From the NCBI GenBank assembly GCA_963718895.1, contig CAVRAG010000008.1, positions 576,001 to 640,000 on the forward strand: DNA of 64,000 nucleotides, in the 5' to 3' direction. Origin of the DNA: an uncultured Nitrososphaerota archaeon. Its GTDB lineage: Archaea > Thermoproteota > Nitrososphaeria > Nitrososphaerales > Gagatemarchaeaceae. Shown in pieces: positions 39,398-49,146 of the stretch (position 1 is the first letter of the stretch; each line of letters begins with the position of its first letter). A program made the translations under genes and the position numbers. The notes beneath the pieces were generated by a model. It was given only the letters and a program-made list of their open reading frames with translations. It was not told where the DNA came from and made no database searches.

Positions 39398-40383
39398 CTC
39401 ACTTCCAACTCCTCTGAGTCATCTTTAACCCCGCCTGGAGGGCCGGCCTTGACTTCGTTGCCTGTGCCCGCCGCGGCCATCGCAGGGGCAGGCCCGCTCG
39501 ACTGAGGAGCGGGTGCTGCGGCAGCCGCCTTCTTCTTCGGCGTCCACCTGCTGCTGTCAAAGTCGTGGTTGTATGCGTCTCCCGATATGGTCCCGGTCAT
39601 GATGCTCCTGAGCACGGGCCAGTTGATCGGGAGGATTGCGAAGTAGATGTGTCCTGCCACGAGCCCGATGAGCAGGAACGCGAAGACGTCGTGCCAGAGC
39701 CTAAGCGCGCTTTCAAAGCTCGGGGAGATGGTTGGCATGATACTGTAAGGGCTCCAGAGATACAGTCCCGAGATTCCCAACACCACGAGGCAGAGAACGA
39801 GACCCCAGTGGAAGAGCTTCATGAAAGCGTCGTACTTACCGTGCCTGGGCTGTACGGAGGGGCCCAGACCGAGGAAGCCCTGCACTCGAACCATCGTGTC
39901 CTTGATGTCGTGCCCCCTGGGAATGATGGTCTTGCCGGTCCTCGAGACTGCCAGGTCCCAAACGATGTGTATGGCGATCAGGCCGAGCAGCAGCCAAAGC
40001 ATGTCCGTGTGCCACGCCAGGTCAGCGGCAGTCTGAGCTGCGGCTGTCCCTGCGACACCGAAGGCGCTCAGAAGGAAATTGAACGAACCGGGCAGATAGA
40101 TAGCGACTCCGCTAACCATGACGAGCCCGAGCGTGATGAACAGTGACCAATGGAAGAGCCTCTCAACAAGATCGAAGGCCTTCACCGTGTTTCCGGGAAC
40201 CTCCATGGGTGTCCCGCCGATCCTCTTCGGCTGCCTGTATGCCCTTCTCACGAAGTGCACAGCGAACACCGCTGCAAAGAGAAGGACAAGTGCGGCAGCA
40301 TATTCCACTTGAAGCCGACCCGCCGATTGCGATTGCGTGTCGGTATCAAGACCAACGGACTGAAGAATACCTAGCAGATTCAA
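39394..40383 (-). CDS. FdnI/hydrogenase-type cytochrome b
   Basis: ERLFHW, GKY..KLFHW, H-x13-H twice, LRSIMTG. Confidence 0.8.
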   Translation of the reverse strand: MNLLGILQSVGLDTDTQSQSAGRLQVEYAAALVLLFAAVFAVHFVRRAYRQPKRIGGTPMEVPGNTVKAFDLVERLFHWSLFITLGLVMVSGVAIYLPGSFNFLLSAFGVAGTAAAQTAADLAWHTDMLWLLLGLIAIHIVWDLAVSRTGKTIIPRGHDIKDTMVRVQGFLGLGPSVQPRHGKYDAFMKLFHWGLVLCLVVLGISGLYLWSPYSIMPTISPSFESALRLWHDVFAFLLIGLVAGHIYFAILPINWPVLRSIMTGTISGDAYNHDFDSSRWTPKKKAAAAAPAPQSSGPAPAMAAAGTGNEVKAGPPGGVKDDSEELEVR

Positions 40384-40436
40384 TCTGAGATTTCGCTCTC
40401 CGGAATCGTTAGTTCAGATTGCTGTATATCTCTAAT

Positions 40437-40456
40437 TACCCTAACAGGTTCGGGTA
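40437..40456. promoter_or_regulatory. Palindromic operator (one mismatch) upstream of cytochrome b
   Basis: TACCCTAAcaggTTCGGGTA. Confidence 0.6.
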
Positions 40457-40753
40457 CCATGCTGAGTCAAACTCGGTTGTCAGAATTCGAGGGGCGCTGC
40501 GCGTCCCGGCGAAACTCAGACAATCGTGGCTTTGCGATGAATAGTCCCTATCGAGGAGGACTGTCCGAGACGTACGATGTTCGCAGTTCGCAGCGGCACG
40601 GCGGAACGAGTCTGCCAACGCTTTCCTCCCGTGGATGATCTTTCGTCGCGGGACCCTCAATTCATCTTTTGGGTCTATGACCGCCGGCCCCCGGTATAGG
40701 CAACGCAAGAACAGTGAGGACAGAGGATTCGGGGTACGGGGACGATGCGGATT

Positions 40754-41371
40754 TCAGGAGCGCTTCGAGAGGCCTAGGCGATCCCGGAGCCGACCTGCTT
40801 GCTTGCTGAGGCGAAGCAATGATGCTTCCGACGTCTTGACCAGATGGCTCTTCGACCTGTATCGGGCGAGGAGGCTCTTGAATCCGAGAATCTCGTCGTT
40901 CATGTTCTTAAGCTCCCCAAGAAGGTTCCTGTCAAAGAGGATAGGGTGCAGGGAGCTGCCGTGGTGACCGGTAGTCACGATTGGGGCGTAGCAGGTCGAG
41001 TACTCGCGAATCAACCTGTTTATCGTCGTGCGGTCCACCAGCGCGATGTCGCCGGGTACGACCATGACGGCGTCGGCCTCCTCTCTCACCGCAGAAAGAC
41101 CTTTCTTGATCGAGTAGCTCTGCCCCCTTGCGAAGTCCTCGTCGAGGACGATGTCGCAGGGATAGTCCCCGAGTGCGCTCCTCACCTTCTCTGCCTCGTA
41201 CCCGACCACTACTATGACCTGCTTGGCCTTCGAGGTCATGCATTCGGAGACGACGTAGTCTATCATCGGTCTCTCCGCGATAGGCTCGAGAAGCCTGTTC
41301 CGTCCTGACCTCATGGAGGAGCCGGAGGCGAGCACGATTATCGAGATGTAGTCCGGGTTCCTTTGTCTCAT
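40754..41371 (-). CDS. MocA paralogue, degenerate
   Basis: Clearly similar to 38104-38736 but LASGSSMRSGRNRLL and loss of the C-terminal DVD. Confidence 0.75.
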   Translation of the reverse strand: MRQRNPDYISIIVLASGSSMRSGRNRLLEPIAERPMIDYVVSECMTSKAKQVIVVVGYEAEKVRSALGDYPCDIVLDEDFARGQSYSIKKGLSAVREEADAVMVVPGDIALVDRTTINRLIREYSTCYAPIVTTGHHGSSLHPILFDRNLLGELKNMNDEILGFKSLLARYRSKSHLVKTSEASLLRLSKQAGRLRDRLGLSKRS

Positions 41372-41874
41372 TTCTCTCGGTTCTTCTAACTTCTCAGGTG
41401 GCGCGTGAGACGCCCCTCGTATATCTCTATTGTTTCTTCCCGTACCGTTAGACTTGACGAAGCCGCACACCCCGACAGATTGCCATCGCATCAAGGTATC
41501 TGCCTGAGTCTTCCATCCTGGGAGAGAGGACCTGACAGCTAACTCTCTTCTGTTGGGCTCGCCAGACTTCGCCCTAATCCCGCGATGCGGTCCGATAGGA
41601 CGTCCCTTCCTTGGTTCTAGTTTGCCTCTTCTTTGGCCGAATCTCCCCTCGGGCGCGATTTCATTCGCAGCTCGAGTGGAGCCACCTCAAGCGGGAATCG
41701 GCCTAGTAGTTCGATCTCAGAACCGATCAATCTGGTCCCTCTTCCACCAGGCTCTAAACCGGTTTCGACCCGGGCAATCTCGCGCACCTGGCTCTGGTCT
41801 CAATAAGCGATCTCGGGTCCCCATCGTTTCCGGATGCTGAGAGTTATGAAAGGCAAGACTATGTCTGAGTCGGT

Positions 41875-42936
41875 CTAGTGCCCATGAATCACCCCTCTTC
41901 CCAGCTTGACAAGCTGGGCCCTCAAACCCCTATGGTACAGAGTGAGACTTACCCTTCTCCGCTCAAGATTTGCCCACCTGCGCAGATACGGCAGGTTGTT
42001 GAGGAAGTCCAGCTCGCTTACCCTGCTTCTGTCGGAGAAGAGATTCTTTACTACTTCATGAAGGAGAACGAAACCCGGAGAGTAGTCAGAAAGGTCTTCT
42101 ACGTACGCCGTGTACAGAGCGTAGGCCATTGGCCCTTGGTGGGACAAGAACCAGAAGGCTTCTGTCTCACCGTTAAGGGACAGCTCCTGTACATCGAGGC
42201 CCCCTCTCGCACTGGCCAGCTCGAACTGGTCCGTCATGAGCCTGAGCCCCGAGGCGAGCGTCTGTCTCTTGCCCTTCCAGCTCCTAGTCATGACGTTGGT
42301 CATCCTCTTGATCAGGCCCCCCGTCCCATCCGGCGACCTAGTTCTTTGGACGTTCCAGACTCCCAAACCGTAGAGGCGACTGGCGGCTTCGCGGTACCTC
42401 TTCCTCAGGTGCGCGCCTCTCGATGAGATGTAAGAATCCCAACTCCCTTCCAGGGATACCGATAATGTGCTTCCCCTTGAAGCAGAATGCAGAGGAAGCG
42501 CGAACTCTCGCGAAATCTTCTCGACCATTTGAACGGTGGGGGAGTCCTGGAGGAGGGAACACAGCTCCATGTAGTCCCAGTCCGTCTCTTCCCGGAGAAG
42601 AAACGTGATGAAGCTCCTGAGCACCTCAACCCTCTGGCCGGGATCCAGTAGAAAGTCAGAGGTCATGTATCTGGGCGTGATGAACGAGACCTTCCTGGCC
42701 TCGATTGAGCGCCACTTGACCCTCGTCAATCTCAATGGAGCAATCCCCACGACTCCTCCTCGTTCTCTAGCGACCAGGACCTTCAGAAACTTCCCCGCCA
42801 AATCCCGTTCGAAGACGAGGTTCTGGTCGAACGTCGCTCCGATGCCAAATCCGGGAGCGAGCGTGCTTAGTCTCGTCCAGTCGTCTTCCAGCTTCTTAAC
42901 CTCGCGAACGGAGTCGACTAGTTCAATCGTGACCAT
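41875..42936 (-). CDS. GNAT family protein (CelD/BcsL-like)
   Basis: VGIAPL, YSPGFVLL, ELDFL. Confidence 0.75.
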   Translation of the reverse strand: MVTIELVDSVREVKKLEDDWTRLSTLAPGFGIGATFDQNLVFERDLAGKFLKVLVARERGGVVGIAPLRLTRVKWRSIEARKVSFITPRYMTSDFLLDPGQRVEVLRSFITFLLREETDWDYMELCSLLQDSPTVQMVEKISREFALPLHSASRGSTLSVSLEGSWDSYISSRGAHLRKRYREAASRLYGLGVWNVQRTRSPDGTGGLIKRMTNVMTRSWKGKRQTLASGLRLMTDQFELASARGGLDVQELSLNGETEAFWFLSHQGPMAYALYTAYVEDLSDYSPGFVLLHEVVKNLFSDRSRVSELDFLNNLPYLRRWANLERRRVSLTLYHRGLRAQLVKLGRGVIHGH

Positions 42937-43355
42937 TCCGGAGATCGACCCATCCCGTGCGCTCGGGCGTCGAGAACCCCGCACCATTTGAGCAGCTAAC
43001 TAGAAATCTGCGTAGAATATAAGAGAACCTAGAAAAAGAGTGAAAGATAGCATAGAATTTGATGAGTTAAGGAGTCGAGCCGCTAGGGAGATGAAACGAC
43101 TTGAGGCCGGACCTCGAGAAGCAACCAAACAATCTGCTAGGCCACGCAGCGGCTCAAACGCACTTGCAGTTGCCACCACGTCAGGGCCACCACCGTGGCA
43201 AGAGTTCCTCTTCTAGGTACGCGCATCCAGTCCTCCGCGGAGCACTCTTCGGATTCAGTCCAAAGTCTTTGCTCCTTCGCGTTCATGAAGAAGGACTTCC
43301 TTGTGACTCCCAGTCGGCACTGCCAACCTGCCAGAATGGCATGGCAATCCTGTAA

Positions 43356-43817
43356 TCAGGCATTCCCGGCCGGGCTAGGTGGCCTCTTTCCCGAAGGGAG
43401 CAGAGAAAGGTAACCGTCCTTCCCATTATTCATGTCAACTGTGAGCTTGAAATTCTTCAAGAATGTGCGGCCCAGAATCATCTCGAAGGTGTGCAAGGGT
43501 AGATGTGGCAGTTCGAGCACCACAGCGTCCACGTTCTCGGAAACCAAGCTACCGAGCGACACCTTGGTGAGAGTCACCAGAATGCCTCGCTCTATGCCGC
43601 GCATGGTGGTAAACCAAGGCACCCTGTCGGGGTGAATCCGCCCCCAGCTGACGGCTTTGTTTGCCGCTTCCGGATAGCCAAGGTCTATCCCGTCTTGAAA
43701 GAGGACCACGCAATACGGAGAATTGAAGTCAATGACCGAGCTCAACTCCCTCACACGACCGTTTTGACCTTCTATTCGAGCGCTTACCAGCATAGGATAC
43801 CTTAGAGCGAATTTCAC
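43356..43817 (-). CDS. Retropepsin-like protein B2 (DFN)
   Basis: Paralogue of 31563-31976; MILGRTFLKNFKLTVD. Confidence 0.75.
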   Translation of the reverse strand: MKFALRYPMLVSARIEGQNGRVRELSSVIDFNSPYCVVLFQDGIDLGYPEAANKAVSWGRIHPDRVPWFTTMRGIERGILVTLTKVSLGSLVSENVDAVVLELPHLPLHTFEMILGRTFLKNFKLTVDMNNGKDGYLSLLPSGKRPPSPAGNA

Positions 43818-44278
43818 GGTTCTGCTCCCTTCTTCCTCATGTCTTCTATCCTCAACTGCCCAACCGAATAATCGAATTCAAGCCTCATGAACTTCAACAG
43901 GCTCCGTCCTAGGACGACGTCGAACCCTGTCGTCTGAGGAAGGTCGGAGGCGACAAACTCGACATTCTCGAAGGAAGTGCTTCCCAGGCTCAGCTGCGCG
44001 ATTCTGATCATTACCGCCCTGAAATACCCATTATAGCTTGAAAAGGTTACTGTGTTGGCAGGCATCGTTACGGGGTTATCGAGCGCGGCTTCTCGATAGC
44101 CGAGCAAGTGAGCATCTACCTTTGGCATGATACAGTACTCGGCGCCGACGTCGACCAGCGCGCTAAACTCTCTCACGATCTCGTTGCGGCCCCTTAGGCG
44201 CACAAATATGGTCGGGAATTTACGGAAGGTATGTTCGGTTACGGATGTGGGAGGGAAAGCTACAGGAGCAGAGGATAT
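43814..44278 (-). CDS. Retropepsin-like protein A2 (DVG); possible ATA start at 44278, first canonical GTG at 44203
   Basis: Paralogue of A1; FDVVLGRSLL. Confidence 0.75.
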   Translation of the reverse strand: MSSAPVAFPPTSVTEHTFRKFPTIFVRLRGRNEIVREFSALVDVGAEYCIMPKVDAHLLGYREAALDNPVTMPANTVTFSSYNGYFRAVMIRIAQLSLGSTSFENVEFVASDLPQTTGFDVVLGRSLLKFMRLEFDYSVGQLRIEDMRKKGAEP

Positions 44279-44523
44279 GGAGGTTCACCAGCATAGAGGA
44301 TACAGATGTCGGCGTATTTCAATATCTTCTGCCTCAGTCTCTACCGGTCCAGGTCGGTCGCGACCACCCTGCCACTTGTCGGCTGAAAGTTCCTGTCTCT
44401 TGCGGTATCTGTCATGGCCACCCAAGTAGACTTGTGTCTCCTGAAATTTTCGGAGAGAGCAAGGTTCTCCGGCTCACCTTGCTCTCGGGTTGGCAGGTCG
44501 TTTGGAGTCGAACCCAGAGACAT
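44260..44523 (-). pseudogene. DUF5678-like copy 2 with in-frame TAG at 44341-44343
   Basis: After the stop the frame continues RLRQKILKYADICILYAGEPPYPLLL*, matching copy 1 where the codon is TAC. Confidence 0.7.
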
Positions 44524-44528
44524 CGACT

Positions 44529-45566
44529 CTACGGGTTCAGTGCCCGCAGCGCGTTCTTCACCACTCCCTGCGCGATGAATACTCGGAATCCGTTCCCCTG
44601 ACCCAGGCCGTGCGCCCCGACGCTCTCGTGCGTCAGCGGTGTGGCACCTGAGAGGGCGTTCTTCGCCGCCTGCGTGATGTCACTCTCTGACAGAGGGAGT
44701 GTCTTTCCGGCGAGGTATGATTCTGCCGAGGAGGATCTGATGGGCTTGTTGGCGACGTGACCCAGCACCACCCTGGCGCTGGAGATTGTGCTCCCGCTTG
44801 TCGTCGCGACGACAGCCGCGCTCGCGAGTGGGAAGTCGACCGCACCCCTGTCGGTCATTCTGAAGAACGTGCTGAGCGTCCCTGATGCGGGCGCGGGCAC
44901 ATTGATCTGGGTCACTATCTCGTTGAAGCGGAGGCTGTTCTCCTTGACACGGCCGTCCACTATGGAGACGCCCGGCATGAACTGGTCCATCGTCTTGGTG
45001 CTCGAGCCTCCCGGACCCTGCACCGTCAGAGTGGCGTCGTGGGCGAAGAGGGCCGTCGTAAGGTCTCCAGCGTGGACCGCGTAGCAGAGGTTGCCTCCGA
45101 AGATGCTGTGGTAGTAGCGGTTGTCCCCGGCGGTGGCGTAGCAGACGTTGCCGCCGTTCCTCCAGCAGTCGTAGTTGTTTCGCAGGTACCAGCACCAGAC
45201 CTCCTGGCTGATGTCCCCGGCGGCGGTGGCCTGGCTGGCTATCTGGTTTGGATGCCCCGTGGTCGCCCCCGCGATCGCGCCGTAGTACTTGTTGACGTTC
45301 GGATCGTTCGAGACTGTGAGGACGTTCGCGGTCGCTCCGATGGTCAGACCGGTGCTCGGGCTGAAAGTTACCTGGTCGAGCCCAAGTCCTGCGATGTCCA
45401 CCACGTACTCCGGCGTCAGCCCATCTATCTGGTTCTTCATCTGGTAGAGCAGGTCCGTCCCTCCGGCGATGACCTTCGCGTTTCCTGCATACTTCGTCAG
45501 GAGTGATACCGCGTCGTCAACCGAGGTCGGCACCAGGTATCCGAATTGGTTTAGTTCGTTTCTCAT
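44529..45566 (-). CDS. Xanthine oxidase family FAD/4Fe-4S subunit, copy 2
   Basis: IAGGTDL, CWYLRNNYDCWRNGGNVC. Confidence 0.9.
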   Translation of the reverse strand: MRNELNQFGYLVPTSVDDAVSLLTKYAGNAKVIAGGTDLLYQMKNQIDGLTPEYVVDIAGLGLDQVTFSPSTGLTIGATANVLTVSNDPNVNKYYGAIAGATTGHPNQIASQATAAGDISQEVWCWYLRNNYDCWRNGGNVCYATAGDNRYYHSIFGGNLCYAVHAGDLTTALFAHDATLTVQGPGGSSTKTMDQFMPGVSIVDGRVKENSLRFNEIVTQINVPAPASGTLSTFFRMTDRGAVDFPLASAAVVATTSGSTISSARVVLGHVANKPIRSSSAESYLAGKTLPLSESDITQAAKNALSGATPLTHESVGAHGLGQGNGFRVFIAQGVVKNALRALNP

Positions 45567-45580
45567 TTCAATCCACTCTC

Positions 45581-48055
45581 CTATGATGGGAGCTTCCCGT
45601 TCGCCTCCATCCATTGCAGCGCCGTGACGATGTCCTCCTTCCTCACCGGGGTCTTGGTGAACCTGTATCCGCCCAGCGCGTTGCTAAGAGCGTTCAGGAT
45701 GCAGGGTATGACGCTGATGAGGCTGGGCTCGCCGATTCCGGTCGCGCCGAACGGACCTACCGGGTCGACGTATTCCTCATAGAGGACGTTCAGTGTGTCA
45801 GGCGCCATCGTTATCGTTGGGACCTTGTTGTCAAGGAAGTTGGCGTTGAGGGCGCCTCCGGAATACTTGAAGCCGTTTGACGAGTCGTTTATGTGCTCTT
45901 CGGTGAGCGACTCGCCTATCCCGTGTCCTATGAAGCCGCCCTGGGACTGACCCTCCGCGCCGTGCTGGAAGATGACGCGGCCAAGGCCAATTCCGACCAC
46001 CGCGTTTATCACGCGAACGTCAGCGGTCTCGGTATCTACCTCGACTTCGCACATCTTCGTGCCGCCGACACGGTACGTAAGGTTGGGGGAACCGAACACC
46101 AACCCCGAGTTCCCCGTAATCGTGGCGGGGAGGAGAGCGGCGGCTGCCTTGAAGGACATCGAGTTGCTCGGGTTGGTCGTGTCGTAGATCGTGTTGTTCC
46201 CGAAGGCGAGGTTGGCAGCCTGCGTCCCGGGCGCTAGCTTGGCGGCGACGATCGGGAACCATTGGCTCGCCAGATTCTGGGCGGCAACTACCTGGCCCAT
46301 GCCCCCGTCGCGTGTCCCCAGGCTGCCGAACGTGCCCAATGTGTCCGTCGTGAGGGAACTGTCCGACATGACGGCTGTCACGTTGCTGAAGTCGGTCTGA
46401 CCCAGGCACTCGGCAGCAATCAGCGGGATCGTCGTGTTCCCTCCGCCTCCATGGTCCATTATCCCTGAGTAGACCGTTATCGCGCCCGTGGGATCGACCG
46501 ATATCTGGCCCGAGCCGAACGCGAAGCCACCCTTCGCCGCAGAGAGTAGCGACATGCCGACCCCTCGCAGCTTCTGGCCTGTGCCCTGGGTCTCACCGGA
46601 GTTGACTGGCGTACCGCTCGGTACTCCCCAGCCCTTCCATCTGCCGCTCCAGTTGAAGGCTGCCGCTGTCCTGAGATGGATTGCCGGCTGGCTGAATCCG
46701 GAGAACGCTTGTCCGGTGCTCGGGTCGAACGCGGTGTCGGGGTAGACCGCTCCTGTTGACGGGTCGGTGTAACCCTTGGTTATCATGTTGTTGAGCCGGA
46801 AAGTCACGGGGTCTATGTTCAGCTTCTCGGCGAGCATGTCCACAGCCGTTTCCATGAAATAGGAGCACTGGCTCTCGCCGACATCGCGCATGGGACCGGA
46901 TGAACACATGCCGTTCGTGTTGGCCGAATAGTTCACGACATCGACGTTTGGAATGGTGTAGCTGGCGTAGAACTCGCTGAGTTCCGTTTCCGCCCCGTCG
47001 AGTGCACCAACGTTCGAGTATACTGAGGCCTTAACCGCTGTGATCTTTCCCGCGCTCGTCCCTGCAATCGTGACATAGGCGCGCATCGGAAAGCGGGCAG
47101 TTGTGGCGAGTGCGTCAGTCACCCTGGTGTTGAGGAATTTCACCGGCGCCCCTGCCTTCTTCGAGAGCGCCACCGCTGTGAGGTACTCTTCGCCGGTTGT
47201 CTTGTTGCCGGTGGCGCAACCTGCAACGGGGTTTCCTGTGGTTGTGTCGGCTCCACCGAGACCGACTCTGCAGACTATGTCGGCCGCCGGTATCATGAAG
47301 TAGCTCGAGACCTGTGCGGGAATCGAGGCGGCGTACTGCGAGTCGCACCAGATGTTGACCCCGCCGTCGGTTGTCCACTCTGCGACCAGCCCGCGGGGCT
47401 CGGTCGTGTAGTGCTGGACGAATTGGGTGTTCAGCACCGGGAGCGTGACCACCGCGTCGGCCGCCGCGATAGCTGCGTCAGCGTCGCCGAAAGCGACGGC
47501 GGCCGTACTCGGCGGATACCCGTTGTCTATACCAGCAGCCCCATTTGGAGAGTTGCCGCCCGGCCACAGCTGTGGCGCGCCCGGCTTCAGCGCTCCCTCT
47601 ACGTCGAAGACGTATGGGAGAGGCTCATATTCCACCTTGACCAGGTTGATTGCGTCGTTGAGCAAGTCCGGCGTGGCAGCCCCGACCGCGACCACGGGCT
47701 GGCCGGAGTACATACACTGGGGGTACGGGAGAGGTCCCCGGATTCTGCCATTCGAGGTGGAGTAATAGTTGAATTCAGGGAGGAAGTCCGTGTCCAGAGC
47801 CGATAGGGTAACGGCTCCAGCCGCCTCCGCTGCGCTCACATCAATGCTCTTGATCATCGCGTTTGGGTATGGGCAGGTGACGTAGCCCATGTAGACGAAG
47901 CTCGAGGCGCCGACGTGAGAGGGAAGGATGTCGCTCTGGTATACTCGCACACCTGTAATCTGGTTGTAGATGGCCCGTCTGTTGACCGTAGACTTTCCTA
48001 CCAGGTTGAAGGGGCCGTTGCCCTTTCCAACGTTTGAACCTACGGGAGAACTCAT
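45581..48055 (-). CDS. Xanthine oxidase family molybdopterin subunit, copy 2
   Basis: PMRDVGESQ, EVEVDTET, GPFGATGIGE. Confidence 0.9.
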   Translation of the reverse strand: MSSPVGSNVGKGNGPFNLVGKSTVNRRAIYNQITGVRVYQSDILPSHVGASSFVYMGYVTCPYPNAMIKSIDVSAAEAAGAVTLSALDTDFLPEFNYYSTSNGRIRGPLPYPQCMYSGQPVVAVGAATPDLLNDAINLVKVEYEPLPYVFDVEGALKPGAPQLWPGGNSPNGAAGIDNGYPPSTAAVAFGDADAAIAAADAVVTLPVLNTQFVQHYTTEPRGLVAEWTTDGGVNIWCDSQYAASIPAQVSSYFMIPAADIVCRVGLGGADTTTGNPVAGCATGNKTTGEEYLTAVALSKKAGAPVKFLNTRVTDALATTARFPMRAYVTIAGTSAGKITAVKASVYSNVGALDGAETELSEFYASYTIPNVDVVNYSANTNGMCSSGPMRDVGESQCSYFMETAVDMLAEKLNIDPVTFRLNNMITKGYTDPSTGAVYPDTAFDPSTGQAFSGFSQPAIHLRTAAAFNWSGRWKGWGVPSGTPVNSGETQGTGQKLRGVGMSLLSAAKGGFAFGSGQISVDPTGAITVYSGIMDHGGGGNTTIPLIAAECLGQTDFSNVTAVMSDSSLTTDTLGTFGSLGTRDGGMGQVVAAQNLASQWFPIVAAKLAPGTQAANLAFGNNTIYDTTNPSNSMSFKAAAALLPATITGNSGLVFGSPNLTYRVGGTKMCEVEVDTETADVRVINAVVGIGLGRVIFQHGAEGQSQGGFIGHGIGESLTEEHINDSSNGFKYSGGALNANFLDNKVPTITMAPDTLNVLYEEYVDPVGPFGATGIGEPSLISVIPCILNALSNALGGYRFTKTPVRKEDIVTALQWMEANGKLPS

Positions 48056-48059
48056 CGCT

Positions 48060-48842
48060 CTAGGCACCTCCTAGACTCGCCGCCGCAGCCTGTACCGCAT
48101 CGATTATGTGCAGGTAGTTTCCACATCGGCACAAGTTACCGCTCAACGCGGCCTTGATCTCGGGGACTGTCGGGTTCGGTTTGTTCTTCAGCAGGTATGT
48201 GGCGGCCATGATTTGACCCGACGCGCAGTAGCTGCACTGGCCCCCGTCTGAGGTAACCCAGGCCTGTTGTAGGGCGTTGACCACCGGGTCACCCGTGGTG
48301 ATCTCTGAGGTCACAATGGTATGGCCGACCGCCCTCACCGCTAGGATCGTGCACGATTCATGCGGCACGCCATCGATCAGGACGGTGCATCCTCCGCAGC
48401 ACATCCTGTCGCACGGCTTCTTCGTCGCTATCAGACCGAGGTCCTCCCTAAGCACGTCGACGAGCATCCTCCTGGGCTCCACGGTAGGAGTGTAGCTCGT
48501 ACCATTGACATTGAGCGTAATCGTTCGTGCGTCAAACGGAGTTGTCGCCACTATTGGCCCCGGCGTAGGAATGGAAGTATTGACGCTCGCAGTGGGGGAT
48601 ATCGTGACGTAGGAGGCCGACGAAGCTGCGGCCTGTTCTTTGATCCTGGATCCTCTCATAGCAAGAGTTGAGACGCCGACGACCGCAACGACAGCCGCAG
48701 TGCCTTTCATGAGGGTCCGTCTGCTCACCTTTGTGCTTGCAACGTCCTGAATCACTCCACCGGTCCCCCCGACGGAGATAGAGGCCTTCTTCTCAGGTTG
48801 AGTTGCCGAGGGAGCCTTTGTTGTCTCCTTCTTGGATTTCAT
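48060..48842 (-). CDS. Tat-signal [2Fe-2S] subunit, copy 2
   Basis: SRRTLMK; CDRMCCGGCTV, QCSYC, NLCRCG. Confidence 0.9.
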   Translation of the reverse strand: MKSKKETTKAPSATQPEKKASISVGGTGGVIQDVASTKVSRRTLMKGTAAVVAVVGVSTLAMRGSRIKEQAAASSASYVTISPTASVNTSIPTPGPIVATTPFDARTITLNVNGTSYTPTVEPRRMLVDVLREDLGLIATKKPCDRMCCGGCTVLIDGVPHESCTILAVRAVGHTIVTSEITTGDPVVNALQQAWVTSDGGQCSYCASGQIMAATYLLKNKPNPTVPEIKAALSGNLCRCGNYLHIIDAVQAAAASLGGA

Positions 48843-48883
48843 TCTGGTCAGAATTTAACATTACTCTTGGCATATTACGGGTA

Positions 48884-48903
48884 TCCCCGAACCTATTCGG
48901 GGA
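48884..48903. promoter_or_regulatory. Perfect palindromic operator upstream of Mo-enzyme operon 2
   Basis: TCCCCGAAcctaTTCGGGGA. Confidence 0.7.
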
Positions 48904-49146
48904 CATCCACACTTTTGCGGTGAGAGGAGTTTCATCAGATCGACTTAGCATGCGGGGATAGCCTACTCGGCAGTCTCTGGAGAGACTACTACAGATCACC
49001 TCTCCAGGTTCAAATTCCTTTCTAACGTGGGAAACCTCGCGCTCGACTCAAAAGGGAGGGCCCGGGCGAGCATCCAAGCCTAGGTTCGAATCCCTCCTGG
49101 ACCCACCAAGTGTATCAGTCGGCTACACCTAATCGCTTAGATGGGC

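Noticed and set aside
44341-44343. Pyrrolysine or amber read-through in DUF5678 copy 2
   Set aside because: Single TAC-to-TAG change, no pyl genes in the window, and TAG is a common stop codon here.
33813-48055. Aerobic CO dehydrogenase (cox) call for the Mo enzymes
   Set aside because: No AYxCSFR/AYxGAGR motif; a Tat signal and a 4Fe-4S-bearing FAD subunit are PaoABC-like instead.
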